From Thermodesulfobacteriota bacterium (GTDB taxonomy: Bacteria; Desulfobacterota; Binatia; DP-6): 35,887 bases of DNA. Location of the stretch: the NCBI GenBank assembly GCA_046727715.1, contig JBKPDC010000319.1, forward strand, positions 1 to 35,887, in the 5' to 3' direction. Position numbers and translations under genes: made by a program. This document shows, one piece after another, positions 26,381 through 35,887 of this stretch. The first letter of the stretch is position 1. The number at the start of each line of letters is the position of its first letter. Below the pieces are notes generated by a model. It was not told where the DNA came from. It worked only from the letters and a program-made list of their open reading frames with translations, and made no database searches.

Positions 26381-28813
26381 ATGGCCGACGAAGATCCGAG
26401 CGAGCTGTCCGGCGGCGAGACCGAGGCACCACGGCGCTTCTACGGCTTCGAGGAGGACGTCAGCGACGTTGCGGTCCCCGACGTCCTGCCCATCCTTCCG
26501 CTGCGCGGCCTCGTCATCTTCCCGTCGGCGATCGTCCCCTTGCTCATCTCGCGCGGTGCGTCGCTCAAGCTGGTCGAGGATCGCCTGAAGAACGATCGCA
26601 CGCTCGGGCTGGTGTCGCAGAAGAACCCCGAGGAAGAGTCCCCGGAGCCGGACGGGCTCTATTCGCGCGGGACCGCCGGACGGATCCTGAAGATGCTCAA
26701 GTATCCCGACGGCAGCGTGCGCATCCTCGTGCAGGGGCTCCGCCGCATCGAGGTGCTGTCCTACGAGCAGCGGCAACCCTACCTCGCCGCACGCGTCCGG
26801 CAGCTGCAGGACCTGCATGAGCCGTCGCAGGACACAGAGGCCCTGCAGGTCGCGGTGGTGAACCAGTTCGCGAAGTTCGTCTCGATGATTCCCTACCTCC
26901 CCGACGAGCTCCAGGTCGTCGTGATGAACATCAAGGACCCGGGCAAGGTGTCCGACCTGATCGCGTCGAACCTGAACATCTCGCTCGAGGAGAAACAGGA
27001 GCTGGTCTCGACGCTCGACGTGCGCACCCGGCTCGATCGTCTCTCCACCATCCTCGCGCGCGAGATCGAGTTGCTCGAGTTGGGGCACAAGATCCAGTCC
27101 CAGGTCCAGTCGGAGCTGAACAAGAACCAGAAGGAGTTCTACCTTCGCCAGCAGATGCGCGCGATCCAGCGCGAGCTCGGCGAGGGCGACTCGCGCACCG
27201 CCGAGCTCGACGAGTTGCGCCGCAAGCTCGACGAGGGCCAGCTGCCGCCCGAGGCGCAGAAGGCAGCCGAGCGCGAGCTCGACCGCTTGCGCATGATTCC
27301 GCCCGAGTCGGCCGAGCACAGCGTCGTTCGGACCTATCTCGAGTGGCTGATCGCGCTACCGTGGAACCTCTCCACCGAGGACAACCTGGATCTCCACCAC
27401 GCGCGGCAGGTGCTCGACGAGGACCACTACGACCTGGAGAAGATCAAGGACCGCATCCTCGAGTACCTCGCGGTCCGCAAGCTCAAACAGGATCCCCGCA
27501 GCCCGATCCTCTGCTTCGTGGGGCCGCCCGGCGTGGGCAAGACGTCGCTCGGACGCTCGATCGCGCGCGCCATGGGGCGCAAGTTCGTGCGGCTATCGCT
27601 CGGCGGCATCCGCGACGAGGCCGAGATCCGCGGGCACCGCCGGACGTACATCGGCGCGCTGCCCGGGCGCATCATTCAGAACCTCCGCCAGGTGGGCTCG
27701 AACAATCCGCTCTTCATGCTCGACGAGATCGACAAGCTCGGCATGGACTTCCGCGGCGACCCCGCCTCGGCGCTCCTCGAGGTGCTCGATCCGGAGCAGA
27801 ACTTCAGCTTCCAGGACCACTACCTCGACGTCCCGTTCGACCTGCGCAAGGTCCTGTTCGTCACCACGGCGAACATCCTCGACACGGTTCCGCCGCCGCT
27901 GCGTGATCGCATGGAGGTGATCGAGCTCGCGGGCTACACCGAGGAGGAGAAGCTCGAGATCGCCAAGCGGCACGTCATCCCGAAGCAGCTCACCGAGAAC
28001 GGCCTCACGCCGGAGAACCTGCGTTTCGAGGACGACGCGGTCGTCCAGATCATCCGCGCGTACACGCGGGAGGCGGGGCTGCGCAACCTCGAACGCGAGA
28101 TCGGGCGCGTCTGCCGCAAGGTGGCGCGCGCCATCACCGAGGGTCGCACGGAGCCGGTCCTGTGCACCCTCGAAAAGGTGCGCGAGCTCCTCGGGCCCGA
28201 GCGCTTCTTCTCCGAGGTCGCCGAGCGCACGGACGAGCCCGGCGTGGCGGTCGGCCTCGCCTGGACGCCGAACGGGGGCGACATCCTCTTCATAGAGGCG
28301 ACCCGCATGGCGGGCAAGAAGGGGCTCATGCTGACCGGGTCGCTCGGCGAGGTCATGAAGGAGTCGGCGCAGGCGGCGCTCAGCTGGGTGCGCTCGCGGG
28401 CCGCTCAGCTCGGCCTCCCGGCCGATTTCTTCGAGAACGCCGACATCCACCTGCACGTTCCCGCGGGCGCCATCCCGAAGGACGGCCCGTCGGCGGGCGT
28501 CACCATGGCGACGGCGCTCACCTCGCTCCTGACCGGACGTCCCGTGCGCCCTACCGTCGCGATGACCGGCGAGATCACGCTGCGCGGCAAGGTCCTGCCG
28601 GTGGGAGGAATCAAGGAGAAAGTGCTGGCCGCCCGGCGCGCCGGGATCGACACGCTCATCCTCCCACGGCGCAACGAGAAGGATCTGGAAGACGTGCCAG
28701 CCGGCGTGCGGGACACGCTCCGCTTCCACTTCGTCGACTCCGTCGACGAGGTGCTGGGACACGCGCTGGCGCCACGTCCTCCGCAGCGGGAGGCGCAGGT
28801 GGCGCGGGCCTGA
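26381..28813 (+). CDS. lon: ATP-dependent Lon protease (LonA type)
   Basis: 810 aa from [13 protein letters not shown]-terminal domain ([13 protein letters not shown]), Walker [10 protein letters not shown], Walker B FMLDEIDK, and protease Ser-Lys dyad blocks PKDGPSAG and [20 protein letters not shown]. The upstream 450 codons of the track ORF are rejected. Confidence 0.93.
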   Translation: MADEDPSELSGGETEAPRRFYGFEEDVSDVAVPDVLPILPLRGLVIFPSAIVPLLISRGASLKLVEDRLKNDRTLGLVSQKNPEEESPEPDGLYSRGTAGRILKMLKYPDGSVRILVQGLRRIEVLSYEQRQPYLAARVRQLQDLHEPSQDTEALQVAVVNQFAKFVSMIPYLPDELQVVVMNIKDPGKVSDLIASNLNISLEEKQELVSTLDVRTRLDRLSTILAREIELLELGHKIQSQVQSELNKNQKEFYLRQQMRAIQRELGEGDSRTAELDELRRKLDEGQLPPEAQKAAERELDRLRMIPPESAEHSVVRTYLEWLIALPWNLSTEDNLDLHHARQVLDEDHYDLEKIKDRILEYLAVRKLKQDPRSPILCFVGPPGVGKTSLGRSIARAMGRKFVRLSLGGIRDEAEIRGHRRTYIGALPGRIIQNLRQVGSNNPLFMLDEIDKLGMDFRGDPASALLEVLDPEQNFSFQDHYLDVPFDLRKVLFVTTANILDTVPPPLRDRMEVIELAGYTEEEKLEIAKRHVIPKQLTENGLTPENLRFEDDAVVQIIRAYTREAGLRNLEREIGRVCRKVARAITEGRTEPVLCTLEKVRELLGPERFFSEVAERTDEPGVAVGLAWTPNGGDILFIEATRMAGKKGLMLTGSLGEVMKESAQAALSWVRSRAAQLGLPADFFENADIHLHVPAGAIPKDGPSAGVTMATALTSLLTGRPVRPTVAMTGEITLRGKVLPVGGIKEKVLAARRAGIDTLILPRRNEKDLEDVPAGVRDTLRFHFVDSVDEVLGHALAPRPPQREAQVARA

Positions 28814-28841
28814 CCGCCCACCCGTCCCGTTCGCTCCCTGC

Positions 28842-29831
28842 ATGCCCGACCTGCGCAAGGATCCGCTCCTCGGCCGGTGGGTCGTCATCGGCACCGAACG
28901 CGTGCGGCGTCCGGGGGACTTCCGGGCGCCTCGGCTGCCCCGCCGCGGGGGGCCGTGCGTCCTGTGCGCCGGCCACGAGCGCGAGACGCCGCCCGAGGTG
29001 CTCGTCTACCGGGACAAGCCGGACGACGGCGGGTGGCGCGTGCGGGTGGTGCCGAGCAAGTTTCCGGCGCTGCGCGTCGAGGGCGATCTAGAGCGGCGCG
29101 GGCACGGGCTCTACGACCTGATGAATGGCATCGGCGCCCACGAGGTCGTGATCGAGTCGCCGCGACACGACGACGCCCTGGCGCGGCTGCCGGTCGCGGC
29201 GGTCGACGACGTCGTGCGCGCCTGGCGGGACCGCATCGGCGACCTGAAGCGCGATCAGCGCTTCCGTTCGATCGTCGTGTTCAAGGCCCACGGCCTGGGG
29301 GATGGCGCGGCCAGCGAGCACCCGCACTCGCAGCTGCTCGCCACGCCGATCCCGCCCCAGCCCCTCAACGACGAGATGCACCACGCGCGCGCCTACCACG
29401 ACTACCGCGAGCGGTGCCTGTTCTGTGACATCGTCCACCAGGAAGCGGAGGAGCGCAGCCGCGTGATCGTCGAGAACGAGCACGTCGTGGCCTTCGCGCC
29501 GTTCGCCGCCCGCTTCCCGTTCGAGACCTGGATCCTCCCGCGGCGCCACGCGCCGGCGTTCGAGCACGGCAGCGCGGCCGAGCTGCGCGACCTCGCGCGG
29601 ACGCTGCGGGCCGTGCTGCGCAAGCTCGAGCGCGCGCTCGGCGACCCGCCGTTCGAGTTCGTGCTGCACAGCGCGCCCTTCGCCGAGAGCGACAGCGCCT
29701 GGTACCACTGGCACCTGGAGATCACGCCGAAGCTCCCCTCTCCCGCGGGGGCCGACCGTGGCAGCGGATTCCACGTGAACCCGATGCCGCCGGAAGACGC
29801 GGCGCGCTTCCTGCGTGACACCGCCGATTAG
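28842..29831 (+). CDS. GalT-family HIT nucleotidyltransferase/phosphorylase (galactose-1-phosphate uridylyltransferase-like; candidate ADP-glucose phosphorylase)
   Basis: 329 aa. Zinc site CVLCAGHE, active-site HPHSQL, and two half-barrel repeats (a second FCDIV...FPFETWILP block). Confidence 0.8.
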   Translation: MPDLRKDPLLGRWVVIGTERVRRPGDFRAPRLPRRGGPCVLCAGHERETPPEVLVYRDKPDDGGWRVRVVPSKFPALRVEGDLERRGHGLYDLMNGIGAHEVVIESPRHDDALARLPVAAVDDVVRAWRDRIGDLKRDQRFRSIVVFKAHGLGDGAASEHPHSQLLATPIPPQPLNDEMHHARAYHDYRERCLFCDIVHQEAEERSRVIVENEHVVAFAPFAARFPFETWILPRRHAPAFEHGSAAELRDLARTLRAVLRKLERALGDPPFEFVLHSAPFAESDSAWYHWHLEITPKLPSPAGADRGSGFHVNPMPPEDAARFLRDTAD

Positions 29832-29847
29832 CGCGCCCGGCCCGACG

Positions 29848-31305
29848 ATGCGCGTCTGCATGCTCGCCTCGGAGGCCTTCCCCTACGCCAAGACGGGCGG
29901 CTTGGCGGACGTCATCGCCGGGCTGCCCGAGGCCCTGGTCGGACTCGGCGTGGAGGTGACGGTGGTGCTCCCCGGCTACCGCGCCGCGCTGCGCGCGGCG
30001 GGCGCCGTCGAGCGGCTCGTCCGCATCCGCGCCCCGGTTGCGAGCCGGCTCGAGCCCGCCCACGTCGTTCGCGTGCCCGGCGCGCGCGTCCCCACCCTCC
30101 TGATCGATGCCCCGCGCTACTTCGATCGTGAAGGGCTCTACGGCGAGGGCGGCCGCGACTACCCCGACAATGCCGAGCGCTTCGCGTTCTTCTGTCGCGC
30201 CGCGCTGGAGTGGTTACGAGGGCTCGGGACCCCGCCCGATGTGCTGCACTGCCACGACTGGCAGGTGGCCCTGGCCCCTGCGATGCTGCGCGCGACGGCG
30301 CCGCTCTACCCCGAGCTCCGTCGCGTCCGCCTCGCGCAGACGATCCACAACCTCGCCTACCAGGGACGCTTCCCGGCGTCCGCGTGGCATCTGCTCAACC
30401 TCGATTCCCGCTATTTCACCAGCGAGTGGCTCGAGCTCTGGGGCGACATCTGCTTCCTGAAGGCCGGGCTGGTCTTCGCGGACGTCCTCACCACCGTGAG
30501 CCCGCGCTATGCGCGCGAGATCCAGACTCCCGCGTTCGGCGAGGGTCTGGACGGCGTGCTGCGCGCGCGTGCCGGGCGCCTGCGCGGCATCCTGAACGGC
30601 ATCGACTACCGCATCTGGAACCCGGCGATCGATCCCGCCCTGCCCGTGCGCTACGACGCCACCGACCTCGGGGGCAAGGTCGGCTGCAAGGCCGACCTCC
30701 AGGGCGCCCTCGGCCTGCGCGGCGAGATCGACGCGCCGCTGCTCGGCATCGTGTCCCGCCTGGCCTGGCAGAAGGGCATCGACGTCGTGCTCGACGCGCT
30801 GCCGCCGCTCCTCGAGCAGTCGGCGGCGCAGCTCGTCGCACTCGGCAGCGGCGATCCGGACCTCGAGCGACGCCTCTGGGATCTGGCGGCCCACTACCCG
30901 GATCGCGTCGCCGTCCGTACCGGCATGGACGAGCTGCTCGCGCACCGCATCGTGGCGGGCGCCGATCTCCTCCTCATGCCGTCGCGCTACGAGCCCTGCG
31001 GGCTGAACCAGATGTATAGCCAGCGGTACGGCACCGTCCCGGTGGTGCACGCCACCGGCGGGCTCGATGATTCCGTCGTCGAGTTCGATGCGACGAGCGG
31101 CGAGGGCACCGGGTTCAAGTTTGCGCCGTGCACCGCGGCGGGACTGCGCGCGGCCCTGGACCGCGCACTCGCCGTCCGCCGTGACCCGGCCGCATGGCAG
31201 CGCCTCCAGCGCAACGGGATGCGCCAGGATTTCTCGTGGGACCGGTCGGCCCGCGCCTACCAGACCGTGTACGGGGCGCTCCTGGCCGCGCCGGCGGCGG
31301 CATAG
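29848..31305 (+). CDS. glgA: Glycogen synthase (ADP-glucose type, GT5)
   Basis: 485 aa from MRVCMLASEAFPYAKTGGLADV (KTGGL motif). HCHDWQ, NGIDYRIWNP, and SRYEPCGLNQMY. Confidence 0.9.
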   Translation: MRVCMLASEAFPYAKTGGLADVIAGLPEALVGLGVEVTVVLPGYRAALRAAGAVERLVRIRAPVASRLEPAHVVRVPGARVPTLLIDAPRYFDREGLYGEGGRDYPDNAERFAFFCRAALEWLRGLGTPPDVLHCHDWQVALAPAMLRATAPLYPELRRVRLAQTIHNLAYQGRFPASAWHLLNLDSRYFTSEWLELWGDICFLKAGLVFADVLTTVSPRYAREIQTPAFGEGLDGVLRARAGRLRGILNGIDYRIWNPAIDPALPVRYDATDLGGKVGCKADLQGALGLRGEIDAPLLGIVSRLAWQKGIDVVLDALPPLLEQSAAQLVALGSGDPDLERRLWDLAAHYPDRVAVRTGMDELLAHRIVAGADLLLMPSRYEPCGLNQMYSQRYGTVPVVHATGGLDDSVVEFDATSGEGTGFKFAPCTAAGLRAALDRALAVRRDPAAWQRLQRNGMRQDFSWDRSARAYQTVYGALLAAPAAA

Positions 31306-31324
31306 GGCGGCGGAGGTGTTTGCC

Positions 31325-31678
31325 TCACGCGGAGAACGACGAACCGCAGCCGCAGGTGTGGGTGGCGTTCGGGTTCACGAACTTGAACCCGCCCCCATGG
31401 AGGCTGTTCACGTAGTCGATCTGGAGGCCCTTCAGATATTCCGCGCTGGTCGGATCGACGCGCACCTGGACGCCCTCGAACTCGAGCACCTGGTCGCCCT
31501 CCTGGACCTGGTCGTCGAAGTCGAGGTGGTAGCTGAACCCGGAGCATCCGCCCCCGACCACGGCCACCCGGAGGGCGTGCCGCTCGGAAAGGCCTTCTCG
31601 GGCGCGGACCTTCCTCACCATCTCCACCGCATAGGGGGTGAGGGTGATCGTGGGCTCCGCTCCGGCAGGGCTGTTCAT
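31325..31678 (-). CDS. erpA: Iron-sulfur cluster insertion/A-type carrier protein (IscA/ErpA/HesB family)
   Basis: 117 aa from MNSPAGAEPTITLTP. GGGCSGFSY and the C-terminal NPNATHTCGCGSSFSA. Confidence 0.85.
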   Translation of the reverse strand: MNSPAGAEPTITLTPYAVEMVRKVRAREGLSERHALRVAVVGGGCSGFSYHLDFDDQVQEGDQVLEFEGVQVRVDPTSAEYLKGLQIDYVNSLHGGGFKFVNPNATHTCGCGSSFSA

Positions 31679-31685
31679 GGCCCCA

Positions 31686-31714
31686 AAGGTAGAGGGGGCG
31701 CCGTCCCGAGTCAA
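31686..31714 (-). promoter_or_regulatory. Putative promoter, leaderless geometry, for the erpA-like gene
   Basis: The minus strand reads TTGACT-N17-TACCTT-N7-ATG(31678). Confidence 0.3.
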
Positions 31715-31844
31715 CGTTTACCATATTCCCACTTGCGCACCGTCCGCCCATCGGGTCAGATGGCCCTCGCCGTTCCTCCGCTTCGTGCGCGCCTGCGAGA
31801 CACCACCGGGTCACATCCGCCCGGCGGGTGTCGCCTCCCGTGGC

Positions 31845-33638
31845 ATGGGAGTTGGTGAATTGACCTTCGAAAGTCCGATCGGTCCATCCATGCACTCGCT
31901 CGCGCTCCCGCGTCCGTCTGCCGACCGGCGGACGGCTCCTCTCGAGGCGTTCTCCCGCACCGAGAAGATCATCGCCTTCTGCCGCGTGCTGCTGGCGATC
32001 GGGACGCTCGCCGTGGTCGTCGTCGACCCGAAGCAGCCCTCGTTCCTCCCCACCGCTGGCTACGTCGTCTTGGGATCCTATCTCGCCTATAGCCTGATCC
32101 TCTTCGGGCTCGTGCGCGGCGAGTACGTGCGTCAGGATCGCATCGGGTATCTCTCCACCGCTGCCGACATCGCCTGGGTCTCGGTGATCACGATCTTCAC
32201 CGAGCGCGGGCCGAGCCCGTTCTTCCTGCTCCACGTCTTCGTCATCTCGGGCGCGAGCGTGCGCTGGGGGCTCGCCGGTGCCGTCCCGGTGACGATCTCG
32301 CTCGCCCTCGCCTATCCGCTGATGGTCCTGCTCGCCAGCCGGGTGATCGACAGCGAGGACATCGCCTTCCACCGCGCCCATCTGTTCCGCCCGCTTTACC
32401 TGCTCGCGGCGGGATACCTGATCGGGTACCTAGGCGAGCACGAGCGCCGCTCGAAGCGCAAGCTGAGCTTCATGCTCGACCTCGTGGCCCCGGCGCGCCG
32501 CAGCCGAAACCCGGGTCGTGCGATCACCCGGCTCGCGCGCCGGGCGCTGGCGTTCTTCGACGCGCCTCGCAGCGCCCTCGTGCTGCGTGACCCGGACAGC
32601 GGCAGCTGGTTCACGTGGGACATCACGCGGACGGAAGGCAAGGTCCGGGTCAGGTTGCGCGTCACCGCCGACGACCCGTGCTCGCTGCCGTTCGCAGGAG
32701 ACACCGAAGGGTTCCTCGCCAACGACCTGCGTCCCGGGCGGCGCACGGCGCTGTGCTACGACATCCGCTCCGGGGTCATGGTCCGCCGCCCCATGGTCGG
32801 GGACCTCCCAGGTCTCATGGCGTCCGCGCAGGCGCTGCTGGTCGCTCCCGTCTTGCTGCAGCACGAGCTGCGCGGGCGCGCCATCGTCGTGCGGGAGTCG
32901 CGTCGAAAGTTCACGCGTGACGACCTCGAGTTCCTGCTCGTCCTGGTCGGGCAGGCCGCGGCCAGCCTGGAGACGGTCCGGCTCCAGGCCAAGGCGGAGG
33001 AGGTGGCGGTGCTGCAGGAGCGTGCCCGCATCGCGCGCGACCTGCACGATGGCTTCATCCAGGCTCTGGCCGGCATCGACCTGCGGGTGGAGGCGGCCAA
33101 GCTGCTGCTGCAGCGCGATCCGGCCCGCGTACCGAAGGCGCTCGAGGACCTCCACACCGCCGTCGACAGCGGGTACCGTGAAGTGCGGCACTACCTGACG
33201 GTGCTCCGGCAGGCGAGCCAGCAGGCCGCCGATCTCGGGTCCACGCTCGATCGCCTCGCGGCCGAGTTCTCGATCCGCGAGCGCCTGAAGGTCCACATGG
33301 CACGCCCGCAGGCCGACCCGGGTCTCCCGACGTCGACGGCGTACGAGCTGACACAGATCGTGCGCGAAGCGCTGCACAACGCTGTCCGGCACGGCCATGC
33401 GACCCAGGCCATCGTCAAGCTGGGCGCGCGGCCGTCCCATGTCTACCTGGTCGTGCGCGACAACGGGCGCGGGTTCCCGGACGGAAACAGGTCGGTCGAT
33501 GCAGACGGATTCTTGAAACCCGCCGTGGCGCCGTGGTCCATCCGCGAGCGCACGGCGGCCTTGGGTGGGTCGCTGCGGGTGTGGAGCCAGCCCGGTCGCG
33601 GGGCCGAGGTGTCGCTCCTGATCCCGGTGGGCAGGTAA
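31845..33638 (+). CDS. Sensor histidine kinase, NarL-partner type (polytopic membrane N-domain, GAF-like domain, HisKA_3, HATPase_c)
   Basis: H-box RIARDLHDGFIQALAG, N-box EALHNAVRHG, and G-box VRDNGRGF. Five or six hydrophobic helices without a large periplasmic loop. The start is uncertain (ATG 31845, TTG 31860 or ATG 31890). Confidence 0.8.
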   Translation: MGVGELTFESPIGPSMHSLALPRPSADRRTAPLEAFSRTEKIIAFCRVLLAIGTLAVVVVDPKQPSFLPTAGYVVLGSYLAYSLILFGLVRGEYVRQDRIGYLSTAADIAWVSVITIFTERGPSPFFLLHVFVISGASVRWGLAGAVPVTISLALAYPLMVLLASRVIDSEDIAFHRAHLFRPLYLLAAGYLIGYLGEHERRSKRKLSFMLDLVAPARRSRNPGRAITRLARRALAFFDAPRSALVLRDPDSGSWFTWDITRTEGKVRVRLRVTADDPCSLPFAGDTEGFLANDLRPGRRTALCYDIRSGVMVRRPMVGDLPGLMASAQALLVAPVLLQHELRGRAIVVRESRRKFTRDDLEFLLVLVGQAAASLETVRLQAKAEEVAVLQERARIARDLHDGFIQALAGIDLRVEAAKLLLQRDPARVPKALEDLHTAVDSGYREVRHYLTVLRQASQQAADLGSTLDRLAAEFSIRERLKVHMARPQADPGLPTSTAYELTQIVREALHNAVRHGHATQAIVKLGARPSHVYLVVRDNGRGFPDGNRSVDADGFLKPAVAPWSIRERTAALGGSLRVWSQPGRGAEVSLLIPVGR

Positions 33639-33662
33639 CGCGCGTAACTCACTGGAGGGGAG

Positions 33663-34412
33663 ATGGAGGTGCAGATGAACGTGTTGCCGCGAAAGCGCCG
33701 AATCGTGATCGTGGACGACCACACGCTCTTCCGGGACGGATTGCGTACGATCCTGGAAACCGAGGAGGACTTCGAGGTCGTGGCTGACGCCGAGAGCGCC
33801 GAGGACGTCGTCGAGCTGGTCTGGCAGACGCGGCCGGACGTCCTCCTGCTCGACATCCGCATGCCGCAGGGCAGTGGTCTCGATGCGGTCCCGGCGGTGC
33901 TGAAGATCAGCCCGAACACCCAGGTGCTCGTCCTCACCGCGAGCGACGACAAGGAGGACCACGTGCGCGCGTTCCGCCTGGGCGCGAAGGGGGTCATCCT
34001 GAAGGACTCCGCGCGCCAGACGCTGATGCAGGCGATCCGCACGGTCTGCCGCGGTGACGTGTGGATGGATCCGCGCATGAGCGGCGCCTTGGCCGAGGAG
34101 CTGTCGCACCTGGGCGACGGCGAGCCGATGGTCGCCCGCCAGGAGAACGGCCTCACCGAACGCGAACTCGAGATCGTGCGCCTGGTGGCGTCGGGTTACA
34201 AGAACAAGGAGGTCGGCGCGACGCTCGCCATCAGCGAGCGGACGGTGAAAACCCACCTGACGAACATCTTCCAGAAGCTCGGCGTGCGCGACCGGGTGGG
34301 GCTCGTGATGTACGCCCTGCGCCACAACGTCAACGCCGCGGCGCAGAGACTGACCCGAGACTTCGTGTCGGCGTCGGTCTCTAAGGACAGGTACACTCCG
34401 GGCGCGCGGTGA
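33663..34412 (+). CDS. NarL/FixJ-family response regulator (REC + LuxR-type HTH)
   Basis: IVIVDDH, LLLDIRMP (phospho-Asp), VLVLTAS, and the HTH LTERELEIVRLVASGYKNKEVGATLAISERTVKTHLTNIFQKLGV. GGAGG lies upstream. The alternative start is ATG 33675. The unusually long C-terminal tail runs through the hairpin at 34345-34382. Confidence 0.85.
   Translation: MEVQMNVLPRKRRIVIVDDHTLFRDGLRTILETEEDFEVVADAESAEDVVELVWQTRPDVLLLDIRMPQGSGLDAVPAVLKISPNTQVLVLTASDDKEDHVRAFRLGAKGVILKDSARQTLMQAIRTVCRGDVWMDPRMSGALAEELSHLGDGEPMVARQENGLTERELEIVRLVASGYKNKEVGATLAISERTVKTHLTNIFQKLGVRDRVGLVMYALRHNVNAAAQRLTRDFVSASVSKDRYTPGAR
34345..34382. terminator. Long GC-rich stem-loop at the response-regulator/comEC convergent junction, carrying the CGAGAC-TTC-GTNTCG core
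   Basis: AGAGACTGACCCGAGAC-TTC-GTGTCGGCGTCGGTCTCT gives about 17 pairs with one bulge, one mismatch and one G-U. It abuts the comEC TAG (34383-34381). No U-tract follows, so intrinsic-terminator function is unproven. Confidence 0.4.
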
Positions 34413-35887
34413 CGACGTCGAGGCGCTGCCCGTCGCTCACGATCGTCACGGCGCCACAGCGGTCGGTCCGCAGCAGACACGTGCCGCGCGCGCGGTAGCG
34501 CGCCTCCACGTCCGGCGACGGCAGCCCGTAGCGATTGTCCGCGCCGACCGAGATCACCGCGACGCGCGCGGCCACGGCGTCGACGAAGCCCACCGTGCTG
34601 GAGGTCCGGCTGCCATGATGCGGGACCTTGAGCACGGCGCCCGACAGCGCCTCCGGCATCCGCAACAGGCGCGCCTCGGCCGCCGCCTCGATGTCGCCGG
34701 TGAGGAGCACGCTGACCGCACCGTGTGCCAGGCGCAGGGTGAGAGAGCTGTCGTTCAGTCCCGAGGCGGGCCACGCGGCCGGCGGGTGCAGCACCGTGAG
34801 CACGCCGCCCCAGCCGGGGACCCCTGCGCCGCTGCCGAGGATGCGCTGCGGGATGGCCTGCTCCGCCAGCGACTCCTCCAGCTGCAGCCAGGAGATCCCG
34901 CGCCCGCCGCGCCCCGTCCACCAGAACTCGTGCGGCCGATACCGCCGCACGAGCGCTGGCAGGCCGCCCGAGTGGTCAGGATGGGCGTGCGTCATCGCGA
35001 GCGCGTCGATATGGGCGATCTTCCGCGTCGCGAGATACGGCGCGACGATGGCCGCGCCGGTGTCGAAGTCGCTGCCGGGAAAGCCCCCGGCATCGACGAC
35101 GAGCACGCGGCCGTCGGGCAGCTCGGCGACCGCCGCGTCGCCCTGTCCGACATCGAGGAAGGTCACGCGCAGGACACCGGGCGCCCAGCGGGCGTGGGCC
35201 CACCAGCCGGCATCGACCAGGAGGCCGGCCGCCGCCGCGATGGCCAGGACGCGCCGCGCGCGGCCCGCCGGCAGCACGCCGGCCACGAGGAGGCCGTAGA
35301 GTCCCACGAGCTCGACGGCGCTGGGCGCCGGAACGTCGACCGCCGCCCAGCCGGGACGGGCGAGGAGGTCGACCAGCGCAATCCCCGGGCGCAGCGCGTG
35401 GCCAGCAAGCCGGAAGAACATCGCCGCCAGCGGCGCCGAGAGCGGCTCGACACCGGCCCCGACGAGGCCCAGGACCACGACGAGCGACCCGAACAGCGGC
35501 ACGACGAGGGGATTCGCGACGAGCCCCATGGGTGCCACCTGCTGGAAGTGGAGCGCCGAGAGCGGGGCCGTGCCGGCAAGCGCCGACGCGGACACGACCA
35601 CCGCGACCCGTAGCCGGGCCCGCGGGCCCCGAGCGCCCGCCGCGGCCCAGCGGCGCGTCCCCGCCACCAGCGCCAGCACGGAGACGAACGAGAGCTGGAA
35701 GCCGATCTCGCGAGGCGCCCCGGGTTCGCCGAGGGTCACCGCCACCGCCGCGAGTGCCAGCATGCGGAGCACATCGGCGCGGCGCCCCAGCGCGATGGCC
35801 AGGACGCCGACGACGGCCATCAGGACGGAGCGCAAGGTGGCTATCTCCAGGCCGGCGAGCGCCCCGTACGCCGCCACGGGCCCCAGA
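34381..35887 (-). CDS. comEC: DNA internalization-related competence protein ComEC/Rec2 (C-terminal part; the N-terminus lies beyond the window)
   Basis: Polytopic competence-domain helices followed by a metallo-beta-lactamase domain (FLDVGQGDA, MTHAHPDHSGG, KVPHHGS). The frame remains open to the window edge. Confidence 0.85.
   Translation of the reverse strand, partial: LGPVAAYGALAGLEIATLRSVLMAVVGVLAIALGRRADVLRMLALAAVAVTLGEPGAPREIGFQLSFVSVLALVAGTRRWAAAGARGPRARLRVAVVVSASALAGTAPLSALHFQQVAPMGLVANPLVVPLFGSLVVVLGLVGAGVEPLSAPLAAMFFRLAGHALRPGIALVDLLARPGWAAVDVPAPSAVELVGLYGLLVAGVLPAGRARRVLAIAAAAGLLVDAGWWAHARWAPGVLRVTFLDVGQGDAAVAELPDGRVLVVDAGGFPGSDFDTGAAIVAPYLATRKIAHIDALAMTHAHPDHSGGLPALVRRYRPHEFWWTGRGGRGISWLQLEESLAEQAIPQRILGSGAGVPGWGGVLTVLHPPAAWPASGLNDSSLTLRLAHGAVSVLLTGDIEAAAEARLLRMPEALSGAVLKVPHHGSRTSSTVGFVDAVAARVAVISVGADNRYGLPSPDVEARYRARGTCLLRTDRCGAVTIVSDGQRLDVVTARPECTCP

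Overview
About 70% GC, almost gap-free coding DNA from a diderm (LPS-making) bacterium. I found about 30 genes and no rRNA, tRNA, CRISPR array, transposase, integrase or recognisable defence genes. The minus strand from 12440 down to 2 is one tightly coupled 10-gene envelope super-operon: lysS, lolC/E, lolD, bamA, skp, fabZ::lpxA, lpxI, a Gfo/Idh/MocA oxidoreductase, lpxB, msbA. After it come: a secreted 14-repeat NxxGxxAF-type protein divergent from a GT-C membrane glycosyltransferase; plsB; a LipA-like alpha/beta hydrolase lacking its serine nucleophile, overlapping an RluA-family pseudouridine synthase; two small zinc-ribbon genes; a ttuB-ttuA-trmI-(5-FCL-like) operon; a ~285-bp compound inverted repeat; HAD plus DUF2203; lon; a GalT-like HIT enzyme plus glgA; an erpA/iscA-type gene; a NarL-type two-component pair; and comEC, which runs off the 3' edge. 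Most of this is housekeeping, and I do not see a clear-cut novel mobile or defence system. The items most worth a second look are: (1) the translationally coupled ThiS-like carrier / TtuA / TrmI / 5-FCL-like module; (2) a single-ORF FabZ-LpxA fusion whose conserved N-terminus lies upstream of any canonical start codon, behind a perfect AAGGAG and an ATC codon; (3) a REPIN/BIME-like inverted repeat that encodes the last 36 codons of the HAD gene, with a third copy of its core palindrome at another convergent junction; (4) the Ser-to-Gly lipase-like protein; (5) recurrent leaderless-type promoter geometry. All calls come from reading the ORF translations and the DNA by eye. No database search was run.
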